This document shows, piece by piece, positions 17,197 through 25,457 of a stretch of 64,000 bases of DNA (position 1 is the first letter of the stretch; the number at the start of each line of letters is the position of its first letter). The notes below the pieces were generated by a model. It had not been told where the DNA came from, ran no database searches, and saw only the letters and a list, made by a program, of their open reading frames with translations. The DNA lies in assembly GCA_963665575.2 (NCBI GenBank), contig CAXXDW010000006.1, positions 1,201,122-1,265,121 of the forward strand, read 5' to 3'. Position numbers and translations under genes: made by a program. This DNA comes from Gammaproteobacteria bacterium. GTDB taxonomy: Bacteria > Pseudomonadota > Gammaproteobacteria > Steroidobacterales > Rariloculaceae.

Positions 17197-17937
17197 ATGA
17201 CGAGAAACATACTGATACTGGCGTTGGCAGCCGGGCTTGCGAGCCCTGCCTGGACCGCCGAGAACAATGCCGCACCGAAGGAGGAGAGCATCGGCGTCGG
17301 CAGCGGCGTGGTCGTCGGTGCGCTCGCAGGCGGGCCGGTCGGCGCCATCGTTGGCGCCGCAATGGGCGGTTGGCTCGGCGACAAGTTCCACCGCGAGCGC
17401 TCGGCCAAGCTCGAGTTCGAGCGCCAGTCCGAACAGGCGCGACTCGAATGGGAGCGGGCGCAGCTCGAGGCCGATGAACTGCTCGCGAGGCTTGAGGAGA
17501 GTAACGCCGATCTCGGCCAGCTCAGGTCCGAGTGGCGCGCCGCGCAGGTGAACTACCGCAACGCGTTGCAGCAGGCGCTCGATACGCAGATCTACTTTCG
17601 CACCGGCGAGGCCGAACTCGAGGACGGAACTGGCGAACGCCTGAGCCGAATAGCCGGACTGATCGGCGAACTCGCCGATCTGACCGTCGTCGTCGAAGGC
17701 CATGCCGATGCGCGCGGCGCGGCGGACTACAACGAGCAGTTGTCGACTGCTCGGGCACAGGCCGTACGCGACGCCCTCGTGCGGGCCGGCGTCTCGCCGG
17801 GCCGGATCTTCTGGGTCGCCGAGGGCGAGCGTCATTCGACGTCCGATGAGAAGGACCTCGATGCCATGGCGCTCGACCGGCGCGTGAATCTGAGCATCGT
17901 GGACCGGAGCGCTGCGGACCGCATCGCGCAGCAGTAG
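17197..17937 (+). CDS. OmpA-family peptidoglycan-binding protein with glycine zipper and coiled coil
   Basis: aaggag SD before ATG 17197. Signal peptide MTRNILILALAAGLASPAWTA. Glycine zipper GVVVGALAGGPVGAIVGAAMGGWLG. Coiled coil ERQSEQARLEWERAQLEADELLARLEE. OmpA_C domain: IYFRTGEAEL...VVVEGHADARGAADYNEQLSTARAQAVRDALV...RRVNL. Confidence 0.85.
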   Translation: MTRNILILALAAGLASPAWTAENNAAPKEESIGVGSGVVVGALAGGPVGAIVGAAMGGWLGDKFHRERSAKLEFERQSEQARLEWERAQLEADELLARLEESNADLGQLRSEWRAAQVNYRNALQQALDTQIYFRTGEAELEDGTGERLSRIAGLIGELADLTVVVEGHADARGAADYNEQLSTARAQAVRDALVRAGVSPGRIFWVAEGERHSTSDEKDLDAMALDRRVNLSIVDRSAADRIAQQ

Positions 17938-17993
17938 GCGCCCAGGGTTCGACCGGCTCCGGACGGGCCGGTCGCCGAGGCGGAATCAGGGCC

Positions 17994-18025
17994 GGGCCGC
18001 GTCAGGGATGGCGCGGCCCTTTCTC
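17994..18025. terminator. putative terminator hairpin between convergent genes
   Basis: gggccgcg (17994-18001) pairs with cgcggccc (18012-18019) and is followed by tttctc. It sits between the OmpA-like gene (+) and bioD (-). The U-tract is weak. Confidence 0.35.
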
Positions 18026-18716
18026 ATTCACGGGTCGCGTCGAGGTACGCTGCGACAAGCGGCAAGAGTTCTGGATACGCAGCATCATCGCCGCGCCGAC
18101 GGGGCAGGGCGATGATCGGCGTTGGAGCGAGGAAACGCTCGAGAACCTCGCGAGTCTCATCGAGCGGAACCGGCTGCTCGAGCGACTCGCTGACGATGAC
18201 GCCAGCGAGTTCGACGCTCTGCGCCCGGAGGGCCCCGGCCGCTGTCAGCGTATGGCTCAGGGCGCCGAGGTAGCTGCCCGTGACGAGCAGCGCGGGTGCG
18301 CCGAGCGCCGCGATCCAGTCGACGACCGTATGCCGCCCGTCGAGCGGCACCATGACGCCGCCGATCCCTTCGATGAGCGTCAGGTCGTAACCGTCGGATG
18401 CACGGCAGAAGCTCAGCAATTCGTCGAACGCAATGTGTATGCCTTCGCGCGCGGCCGCCATGTCGGGCGAGAGCGGCGCGGCGAACCTCCACGGCGACAC
18501 CGCGTCGAGCTCAGCGGTCGCGGGTTCAAGCCCTTGTGCGGCGAGCAGAAGGCCGGAGTCGCTTGCCTCGAGTTCGGCGGCGTCGAAGCCTGTCGCGACC
18601 GGTTTGAGGGTGCGCACGCCGAGCGATGTGCGGCTGAGTTCCTCGAGCAGCGCGCACATGACGAAGGTCTTGCCTACGCCGGTGCCCGAAGCCGTCACAA
18701 AGACCGTATTCTTCAT
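18024..18716 (-). CDS. bioD: dethiobiotin synthase
   Basis: C-terminal 230 aa of ORF 18024..19358, starting at MKNTVFVTASGTGVGKTFV (P-loop). Also ...LIEGIGGVMVPL... The upstream part of the ORF is an Arg-rich overlap with bioF and was rejected. Confidence 0.85.
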   Translation of the reverse strand: MKNTVFVTASGTGVGKTFVMCALLEELSRTSLGVRTLKPVATGFDAAELEASDSGLLLAAQGLEPATAELDAVSPWRFAAPLSPDMAAAREGIHIAFDELLSFCRASDGYDLTLIEGIGGVMVPLDGRHTVVDWIAALGAPALLVTGSYLGALSHTLTAAGALRAQSVELAGVIVSESLEQPVPLDETREVLERFLAPTPIIALPRRRGDDAAYPELLPLVAAYLDATRE

Positions 18717-18781
18717 TCGGCCGGATTCGGAGGACCGTGCGCCCCGACCGGCATCTCTCCGATGGCTCATCGGTCCCTTTG

Positions 18782-19942
18782 TCATGTTCCGTCCAGGATC
18801 GACCGGGCGGCTTCGGTCAGCTCTTGCACGTCGCGTTCGCAGTGCTCGGCCGAGAACGCAAACCGCAGCCGCGACGTGCCGGCAGGTACCGTCGGCGGCC
18901 TGATCGCGGCCACGAGGAAACCGGCTTCCCGCAACGCGCTTCCCGCTTCGACTGCGCGGGCCGCGGGGCCGAGAACGAGCGGTACGATCGCCGACTGCGC
19001 GGGTTCGAGTCCGAGCGCGGCCGCGAACGAACGCGCCCGCTTGACAGGGAGACCGACGAGGTCTTTCTCCGTCGCGATAATCTCGAGCGCGGTTGCGGCG
19101 GCTGCGACGGTTCCAGGCGGCAGTCCCGTCGAGAACCCGAAGCTGCGCGCACGATTGCGGATGAGTTCGCAGACTGCATGGCTCGCACAGATATAGCCGC
19201 CATAGCCGCCGGCGGCTTTTGACAGTGTGCCCATCTGCAGGTGCACGGCGACGGGCTCGTCGAACGCGAACGATGAGCCGCGGCCGGCGCCGACGACGCC
19301 GAGACCGTGCGCATCGTCCGTCATGAGCCAGGCATCGAAACGCCCGGCAAGTTCGCAAAGCTCCGGCAGCGGGGCGAGGTCGCCCTCCATGCTGAAGACG
19401 CCTTCAGTGAGCAGCAGGCAATGGCGGTGGCGGCTGCGCTCCGCGGCAAGTGCGGCGGCCGCAGCGGCGGGGTCGTTATGGTTGAAATGCACGACCTTCG
19501 CGCCGCTCAGCGCCGCGCCGCCGAGCAGGCAGGCGTGGCAGAACTCGTCCATGACGATGAGATCCACTTCGCCCGCGAGCAGCGGAATGACGCCGACGTT
19601 CGTGAGGTAGCCGCTGCCGAAGACGACCGCGTCCTCGGTGTCCTTGAGCGTGGCGAGCCGCGCTTCAAGCGCGGCGTAAAGCGGGTGATTGCCGGTGACC
19701 AGCCGCGAGGCGCCGGCGCCCGTGCCGTAGCGGCGTGTCGCTGCCAGACTTGCCTCCACGACCTCCGCACGATGCGACAGGCCGAGATAGTCGTTGCTTG
19801 CGAAGGACAGGAGGTCGCGCCCCTGGCTTCGAACACGGCGGCCGTCGACCTTCTCGGTGCTTGCGAGCGACCGCCTGAGTTCGCGGCGCTCGAGCGCCTG
19901 CAGCTTGCGTGTCGCAAACCCGTCGAGCGATCGGTCAGACAA
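18782..19942 (-). CDS. bioF: 8-amino-7-oxononanoate synthase
   Basis: SNDYLGL, GAGASRLVTGN, DDAHGLGVVG and GTLSKAAGGYGG (PLP Lys) are typical of BioF/alpha-oxoamine synthases. It lies adjacent to bioD. Confidence 0.9.
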   Translation of the reverse strand: MSDRSLDGFATRKLQALERRELRRSLASTEKVDGRRVRSQGRDLLSFASNDYLGLSHRAEVVEASLAATRRYGTGAGASRLVTGNHPLYAALEARLATLKDTEDAVVFGSGYLTNVGVIPLLAGEVDLIVMDEFCHACLLGGAALSGAKVVHFNHNDPAAAAAALAAERSRHRHCLLLTEGVFSMEGDLAPLPELCELAGRFDAWLMTDDAHGLGVVGAGRGSSFAFDEPVAVHLQMGTLSKAAGGYGGYICASHAVCELIRNRARSFGFSTGLPPGTVAAAATALEIIATEKDLVGLPVKRARSFAAALGLEPAQSAIVPLVLGPAARAVEAGSALREAGFLVAAIRPPTVPAGTSRLRFAFSAEHCERDVQELTEAARSILDGT

Positions 19943-20055
19943 ACCTGTTCTCCGCGGCAGGGACGCTCGGATTGTCCCGAAAACAGGCGTTGGCTTCCAT
20001 GTAAGCGCCGAACCGCCGGTCGGCCTGCGAAACGGACGACCCGCTCGTGCGCACT

Positions 20056-21414
20056 TCAGCCGGGGTCGCCGCCGATGATCTCAAGCAGTTCTCCGGTCAC
20101 CGAACGCAGGAGTTCGGAGTCGGCGCGGCTTTCGACGTTGAGGCGCAGCAGCGGCTCGGTATTCGATGCGCGGACATTGAAGCGCCAGTCCGGGAACTCG
20201 ACGCCAAGGCCGTCGACATGCTCGACGTGCGCGGCCCGCGATGCGTATGCGTCCTCGAGTCTGGAGATGGTCACAGCCGCGTCGTCGACGCGCCTGTTGA
20301 TCTCGCCGCTCGTCGGAAACCTTGCGACGCGGTCGGCGACTAGCTCCGACAGCGGCGCATCGCGGCGGCTCATGATCTCGGCAACCATGAGCCAGGGGAT
20401 CATGCCGCTGTCGGCATAGGAAAAATCGCGGAAGTAGTGGTGCGCGCTCATTTCGCCGCCGTAGACGGCATCGACTTCGCGCATCGTCTGCTTGATGAAC
20501 GCGTGCCCCGACTTGCTCTGCACCGCTTTGCCGCCGGCCTGCGCCACCGCGTCGATCGTGCTCCAGGTCAATCGTGGGTCGTGGACGATCCGTTCACGCG
20601 GCGTCTTCTCGAGAAACGCGAGCGCGAGCAGGCCGACAAGGTAGTAGCCTTCAATGAACTCGCCGCGCTCGTCAAAGAAGAAGCAGCGGTCGAAGTCGCC
20701 GTCCCAGGCGATGCCGAGGTCAGCGCCGGACTCGAGCACGGCTGCCGATGTCGTGCCGCGATTCTTCTGGAGCATCGGGTTCGGCACGCCGTTCGGGAAG
20801 TGGCCGTCCGACTCGTGCTGCAATTTGACGAGCTCGAACGGCAGCTGCGGCTCGAGCAGATCGACGAAGGGTCCCGCGCAGCCGTTGCCGGCGTTGACGA
20901 CGATTCGCAGCGGCTTGAGCGCACTCGTGTCGACGTAGCCGAGCAGGTGATCGATGTAGTCGCCGGTGAGGTCACGGCGGCCCACGCTGCCCTGCCGCGG
21001 GGTTTGCGGAAACTCGCCGGACTCGGCAATCCGGCGGATGTCCTGAAGACCCGTGTCGGCGCTGATGGGACGCGCGCCGGACCTGACCATCTTCATGCCG
21101 TTGTGATCGCGGGGGTTGTGGCTCGCCGTGACCATGATCCCGCCGTCGAGCCCTTCGTGGAACGTCGCGAAGTAGACGAGCTCAGTACCGCAGATACCGA
21201 TGTCGATGACGTCGACGCCGGAATCGGTCAGTCCGCGAGTCAAGGCGGCGGCAAGCACCGGACTCGACAGTCGCACATCGCGCCCCACGGCGACGGTCGC
21301 CGGAGCGACGTGGGCCGCATAGGCGCGGCCGATGCGCCAGGCGATGTCCTCGTCGAGATCCTCGGGAACGCGGCCTCTGACATCGTAGGCCTTGAAACAG
21401 TCGATTCCCTTCAC
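20056..21414 (-). CDS. manB: phosphomannomutase/phosphoglucomutase (ManB/CpsG type)
   Basis: C-terminal 452 aa of ORF 20056..22806, starting at GTG 21414 (VKGIDCFKAYDVRGRVPEDLDEDIAWRIGRAY). Active site TASHNPRDHNGMK. Also GIAWDGDFDRCFFFD and GGEMSAHHYF. Confidence 0.85.
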   Translation of the reverse strand: MKGIDCFKAYDVRGRVPEDLDEDIAWRIGRAYAAHVAPATVAVGRDVRLSSPVLAAALTRGLTDSGVDVIDIGICGTELVYFATFHEGLDGGIMVTASHNPRDHNGMKMVRSGARPISADTGLQDIRRIAESGEFPQTPRQGSVGRRDLTGDYIDHLLGYVDTSALKPLRIVVNAGNGCAGPFVDLLEPQLPFELVKLQHESDGHFPNGVPNPMLQKNRGTTSAAVLESGADLGIAWDGDFDRCFFFDERGEFIEGYYLVGLLALAFLEKTPRERIVHDPRLTWSTIDAVAQAGGKAVQSKSGHAFIKQTMREVDAVYGGEMSAHHYFRDFSYADSGMIPWLMVAEIMSRRDAPLSELVADRVARFPTSGEINRRVDDAAVTISRLEDAYASRAAHVEHVDGLGVEFPDWRFNVRASNTEPLLRLNVESRADSELLRSVTGELLEIIGGDPG

Positions 21415-21675
21415 TTCAGACGTCCCGTTACGCGTCAGAGCACAAGCGTGGATCGCGCGCCTCCCGGCATCGCCGTCGGCAATGGCAGACCTTTTCCCAT
21501 CCGAATCCACAGCCCGCGGTTGCCGCAGCCGAAGGCAGGCCAGTATAGCGGCAAGCTCCATATTCTTCCTGCGCGCGCCTCGCCGGACGGGCGCCTCGCA
21601 GGACTCGGTGCTTCGCGCGACTTCTGCCACGCGCTGCCGGGCACGAGATTGTCGTAGTATCGGCGTACGCTCGCC

Positions 21676-22929
21676 GTGACCGACCTGCCGTTGTCCACGC
21701 TCTGGTTGCCGTACAGACAGATGCAGACCGCGCCGCCGCCGTTCGAGGCGCTGCGGACCGAGGGCGTGTGGATCACGCTCGCCGACGGGCGCCGGCTCAT
21801 CGACGGCACCGCGTCCTGGTGGACGGCCTGCCACGGCTACAACCATCCGCACATCCGCGCGGCGGTCGAGGCCCAGCTCGCCGCCATGCCGCACGTCATG
21901 CTCGGCGGCCTCGTGAACGCGCCGGCGCTGTCGCTTGCGCGGCGGCTCGCCGCCATGCTGCCGGGCGATCTCGAACACGTCTTCTTCTCCGAATCGGGGT
22001 CCGTGTCGGTCGAGGTCGCGATGAAAATGGCGCTGCAGTACTGGATCAACCGGGGCGAACCCGGGCGCCGCCGCTTCCTCAGCTTCAGCAACGCCTATTT
22101 CGGCGACACTTTCGCCGCGATGTCGGTTTGCGATCCCGAAGAAGGCATGCACGCGATGTTTCGCGGTGCGTTGCCCGAGCAACTGCTCCTCGATCTCCCT
22201 GCCGACCCGCGCGACACGGCCGCGTTCGAACACGCGCTCACGCAACATGCGACGCAACTTGCGGCGCTCATCGTCGAACCGCTCGTGCAGGCCGCCGGCG
22301 GCATGAGGTTCCATTCGCCCGACGTGCTCGCGCGCGTGGTCGAGCTCGCCCGTTCGCACGGTCTGCTCGTCATCTTCGACGAGATCGCCACGGGCTTCGG
22401 CCGCACGGGCACGATGTTCGCCTGCGAAAAGGCCAGTCTCGTGCCGGACATCATTACGCTTTCCAAGGCGCTTACGGGCGGGACGCTGCCTTTGGCGGCG
22501 ACGGTGGCGCGCCGGCAGGTCTACGAGGCGTTTCTGTCGGATGACCCGCAGCGGGCGCTGATGCACGGGCCGACCTACGCCGGCAATCCCCTCGGCTGCG
22601 CCGCGGCCAACGCCTCGCTCGACCTCTTCGAGCGCGAGCCCCGTCTCGAACAGGTCGCGGCCATCGAAGCCCGCCTGAGCGCCGGTCTCGAGCCGCTGCG
22701 GGACTGCCGCGGCGTCGCCGACGTCCGTGTCAAGGGCGCGATCGGAGTCGTCGAACTCGAGAAGCAAGCGGATCTCGAGCGACTCCGGGTGCGTTTCGTC
22801 GAGCAAGGCGTGTGGGTGCGGCCGTTCGGCAAGGTCGTCTACCTGATGCCGGCGTTCACGATCGGCACGGCGGAACTCGACGAGCTGATCCGTGCCGTCA
22901 GTACGGTCGTTGCCGAGACCGGCCTATAA
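21676..22929 (+). CDS. bioA: adenosylmethionine-8-amino-7-oxononanoate aminotransferase
   Basis: LWLPYRQM, SWWTACHGYNHP, FSESGSVSVEVAMKMA, FDEIATGFGRTG and LSKALTGG (PLP Lys). Confidence 0.9.
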   Translation: MTDLPLSTLWLPYRQMQTAPPPFEALRTEGVWITLADGRRLIDGTASWWTACHGYNHPHIRAAVEAQLAAMPHVMLGGLVNAPALSLARRLAAMLPGDLEHVFFSESGSVSVEVAMKMALQYWINRGEPGRRRFLSFSNAYFGDTFAAMSVCDPEEGMHAMFRGALPEQLLLDLPADPRDTAAFEHALTQHATQLAALIVEPLVQAAGGMRFHSPDVLARVVELARSHGLLVIFDEIATGFGRTGTMFACEKASLVPDIITLSKALTGGTLPLAATVARRQVYEAFLSDDPQRALMHGPTYAGNPLGCAAANASLDLFEREPRLEQVAAIEARLSAGLEPLRDCRGVADVRVKGAIGVVELEKQADLERLRVRFVEQGVWVRPFGKVVYLMPAFTIGTAELDELIRAVSTVVAETGL

Positions 22930-22945
22930 CTCGGGGCAGAGGTTC

Positions 22946-24796
22946 CTAGAACAGCTCCGAGGCGTCGGGCTCGGCGCGGCCCTCCTGATCGTAGCGGTTC
23001 GGGATGAAGTCGCCGGTGACCATGTCGCGGTAGCTCAGGCCCGGGCCGACCATCGGGTAGACGCCGGCTTCGGGATCGATGATGGCCTCGAGGAAGGCGG
23101 GACCGTCGTGGTTCAGGAATTCCTCGAGCACCTGCGGCACGTCTTTCTTGTCGTCAAGCCGTTTCGCGTACGAGAAGCCGTCGGCCTGCGCCGTCTTTAC
23201 GAAGTCTTTCTTGCGCAGCGATTTGTCGCTGGCCGAGAGCCGGCCCTTGAAGAAGAGCCGCTGCCACTGCATGACCATGCCGTCGCCGAAGTTGTTGAGC
23301 ACAATGATCTTGATCGGCAGATTGTAGGTCGTGACGGTCTCCAGTTCGCCGAGATTCATGCGGATGCTCGCGTCGCCGTCAACGTCGATCACGAGCTTGT
23401 CCGGCCGCGCGAACTGCGCCCCGATCGCCGCCGGCAGCCCGTAGCCCATCGTGCCCATGCTGCCGGACGTGAGCCAGAGCCTCGGTTCGCGGAAATCGAA
23501 GTATTGCGCCGCCCACATCTGGTGCTGGCCGACGCCCGTCGAGATGATCGCTTCCCCGCGTGTGATCTCGTTCATCGTCTCGACGAGGTAGTTCGGCTGG
23601 ATCAGCGGGCTCTCGCGGTCGTAGTTGAGTCCGTACTTCGCCTTGAGCTCGGCTGTCTCCGCGTGCCACTGCGAGAATTCGGCCGAGAAACCCGAACGGC
23701 GCGCGCAGGCGACGAGTGCCTCGAGCACCTCGGGCAGCAATCCGACGTGGTGCCAGTCGGCGGACCTGACCTTGTGAATTTCCGAAGCGTCGATGTCCAG
23801 GTGCAGGATTCGGCGTGCGCGCCTGGCGAACTGATCCGGTATGCCGGCCACGCGATCGTCGAAGCGGGCCCCGACTGCGATCAGCAGGTCGCAGTCGTCG
23901 ACCGCGTAGTTCGCGCTCGCAAGGCCATGCATGCCGAGCATGTGCATCGCGAGCGGGTGCGTGGTGTCGAAGCTGCCGAGCCCCATGAGCGTCGTCACGA
24001 TCGGGATCTCGAACTGCAGCGCGAACGCCTTGAGTGCTGCTGCGGCATTGCCGTTGATGACACCGCCACCGACATAGAGCAGCGGGCGCTTGCTCTCGGC
24101 GAGCATCGACAGGAATTCTTCGCAGCCGGCTTCGCTGATTGCGTTCTGCTCGACTTCCGCAAGGCGGCGCCGGTAGCCCGGGATCGGCAGGCTGCCGTAG
24201 CCGCCGAAAGCGCCTTCCCAGTTCTGTACGTCCTTGGGCACGTCGATGACGACGGGTCCGGGCCGCCCGGTTCGCGCGATCTCGAACGCTGTGCGTACGG
24301 TCGCTTCGAGCTTGGTCGCGTCGGTGACGAGAAACACGTGTTTGGCGACGGATCCCATGACCGCGGTGACCGGCGCTTCCTGAAAGGCATCTGTGCCGAC
24401 CGAGCCCGTCGGCACCTGACCGCAGATGACCACGATCGGCGTCGAGTCGGCCATGGAATCGCGCACGGGCGTGACGCAGTTCGTGGCGCCGGGTCCGGAG
24501 GTCACCATGACGACGCCGACCCGGCCGCTCGCGCGCGCGAAGCCCGCCGCCATGAACCCCGCACCCTGTTCGTTCGCCGGGACGATCAACGGCATCGGCT
24601 CCTCGCTGGAGCTGCCGTGCGTCGTGTTGTAGCGAAACACCGCGTCGTAGGTCGGCAGAATCGCGCCGCCGCTGTAACCGAAGATCGTGTCGACGCCTTC
24701 GTCTGCCAGCACCTGCACGATCGTATCGGCTCCGGTCATTCGCTGACCGGCAAGCGGATGTGCGGTCGGGATGCGCGTTCGGGTCTGCGTATTCAC
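22946..24796 (-). CDS. ilvB: acetolactate synthase (acetohydroxyacid synthase) large catalytic subunit
   Basis: TGADTIVQVLADEGVDTIFGYSGGAILP, TSGPGATN, TDAFQE, GLGSFD, MLGMHG, GVGQHQMWAAQY, GSMGTMGYGLPAAIGA, the ThDP motif GDASIRMN...LNN, and MVMQWQ. Confidence 0.9.
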   Translation of the reverse strand: MNTQTRTRIPTAHPLAGQRMTGADTIVQVLADEGVDTIFGYSGGAILPTYDAVFRYNTTHGSSSEEPMPLIVPANEQGAGFMAAGFARASGRVGVVMVTSGPGATNCVTPVRDSMADSTPIVVICGQVPTGSVGTDAFQEAPVTAVMGSVAKHVFLVTDATKLEATVRTAFEIARTGRPGPVVIDVPKDVQNWEGAFGGYGSLPIPGYRRRLAEVEQNAISEAGCEEFLSMLAESKRPLLYVGGGVINGNAAAALKAFALQFEIPIVTTLMGLGSFDTTHPLAMHMLGMHGLASANYAVDDCDLLIAVGARFDDRVAGIPDQFARRARRILHLDIDASEIHKVRSADWHHVGLLPEVLEALVACARRSGFSAEFSQWHAETAELKAKYGLNYDRESPLIQPNYLVETMNEITRGEAIISTGVGQHQMWAAQYFDFREPRLWLTSGSMGTMGYGLPAAIGAQFARPDKLVIDVDGDASIRMNLGELETVTTYNLPIKIIVLNNFGDGMVMQWQRLFFKGRLSASDKSLRKKDFVKTAQADGFSYAKRLDDKKDVPQVLEEFLNHDGPAFLEAIIDPEAGVYPMVGPGLSYRDMVTGDFIPNRYDQEGRAEPDASELF

Positions 24797-24932
24797 GGTC
24801 GTCTATTCCGTCGAGCCCGGCCCATCAGCCCGGTACATGCGAGTCGAGTGTTGACGAAAAGTTACAGCATTGCAATAGCTGTTGTTCTGAGCCAGCATTG
24901 CCCGGCTTGGCGTATAGGCAGGCGGCAATGCC

Positions 24933-25430
24933 ATGAGACATATCATTTCGATTCTTCTTCAGAACGAAGCGGGTGCCTTGTCGCGCGTGTCCAATCTGTT
25001 TTCGTCGCGCGGATACAACATTGAGAGTCTCAATGTTGCGCCGACCGCCGATGCAACGGTCTCGCGACTCACGCTCGTGACGACGGGTTCCGACGAGGTG
25101 ATCGACCAGATCGGCAAGCAGCTCGGCAAGCTCGTCGACGTCGTCGACATCACGGACATGACCAGCGCCGACCATGTCGAGCGCGAGCTCGCGCTCTTCA
25201 AGCTGCATCTCGTCGACGGCAAGACACGGCAGCTCAGAACGCTGCTCGAGACCTCCAACGCCCGCGTGCTCGACGACCACGAGGGCCACTACACGATCGA
25301 ACTCATCGGCGGCAGCCACGAGATCGACCGGTTTCTCGACCGGATCAGGAGTGTGTCGGACCTTTCCACGGTCGTGCGCAGCGGTGCGATGGCCGTTGCC
25401 CGCGGGGCGCCGGTGTTCGCCAGGGGCTGA
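24933..25430 (+). CDS. ilvN: acetolactate synthase small regulatory subunit
   Basis: MRHIISILLQNEAGALSRVSNLFSSRGYNIESLNVAPT (ACT domain) ...ERELALFKL... This is the classic IlvH/IlvN sequence. Confidence 0.85.
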   Translation: MRHIISILLQNEAGALSRVSNLFSSRGYNIESLNVAPTADATVSRLTLVTTGSDEVIDQIGKQLGKLVDVVDITDMTSADHVERELALFKLHLVDGKTRQLRTLLETSNARVLDDHEGHYTIELIGGSHEIDRFLDRIRSVSDLSTVVRSGAMAVARGAPVFARG

Positions 25431-25457
25431 GGGCGCGCGGCCGCACGACTTTTGCCG

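Noticed and set aside
12488-17937. Zorya-type anti-phage system (MotA-like + OmpA-like proteins).
   Set aside because: The MotA-like protein is only 268 aa, with no long ZorA-style tail. The OmpA domain is not on the Asp-bearing TM partner. No ZorC/ZorD-like helicase or nuclease genes are present. For the same reasons, plus the absence of TonB, TolA, TolB or Pal genes, it does not fit Ton or Tol-Pal.
18717-19358. N-terminal 214-aa extension of bioD in ORF 18024..19358.
   Set aside because: It overlaps bioF in another frame and is Arg-rich. BioD-family proteins start at the P-loop region, as MKNTVFVTASGTGVGKT does here.
20056-22806. 916-aa ORF suggesting a very large phosphomannomutase fusion.
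   Set aside because: Only the C-terminal 452 aa (from GTG 21414) match ManB/CpsG. The upstream portion is antisense to bioA and has no motif content.
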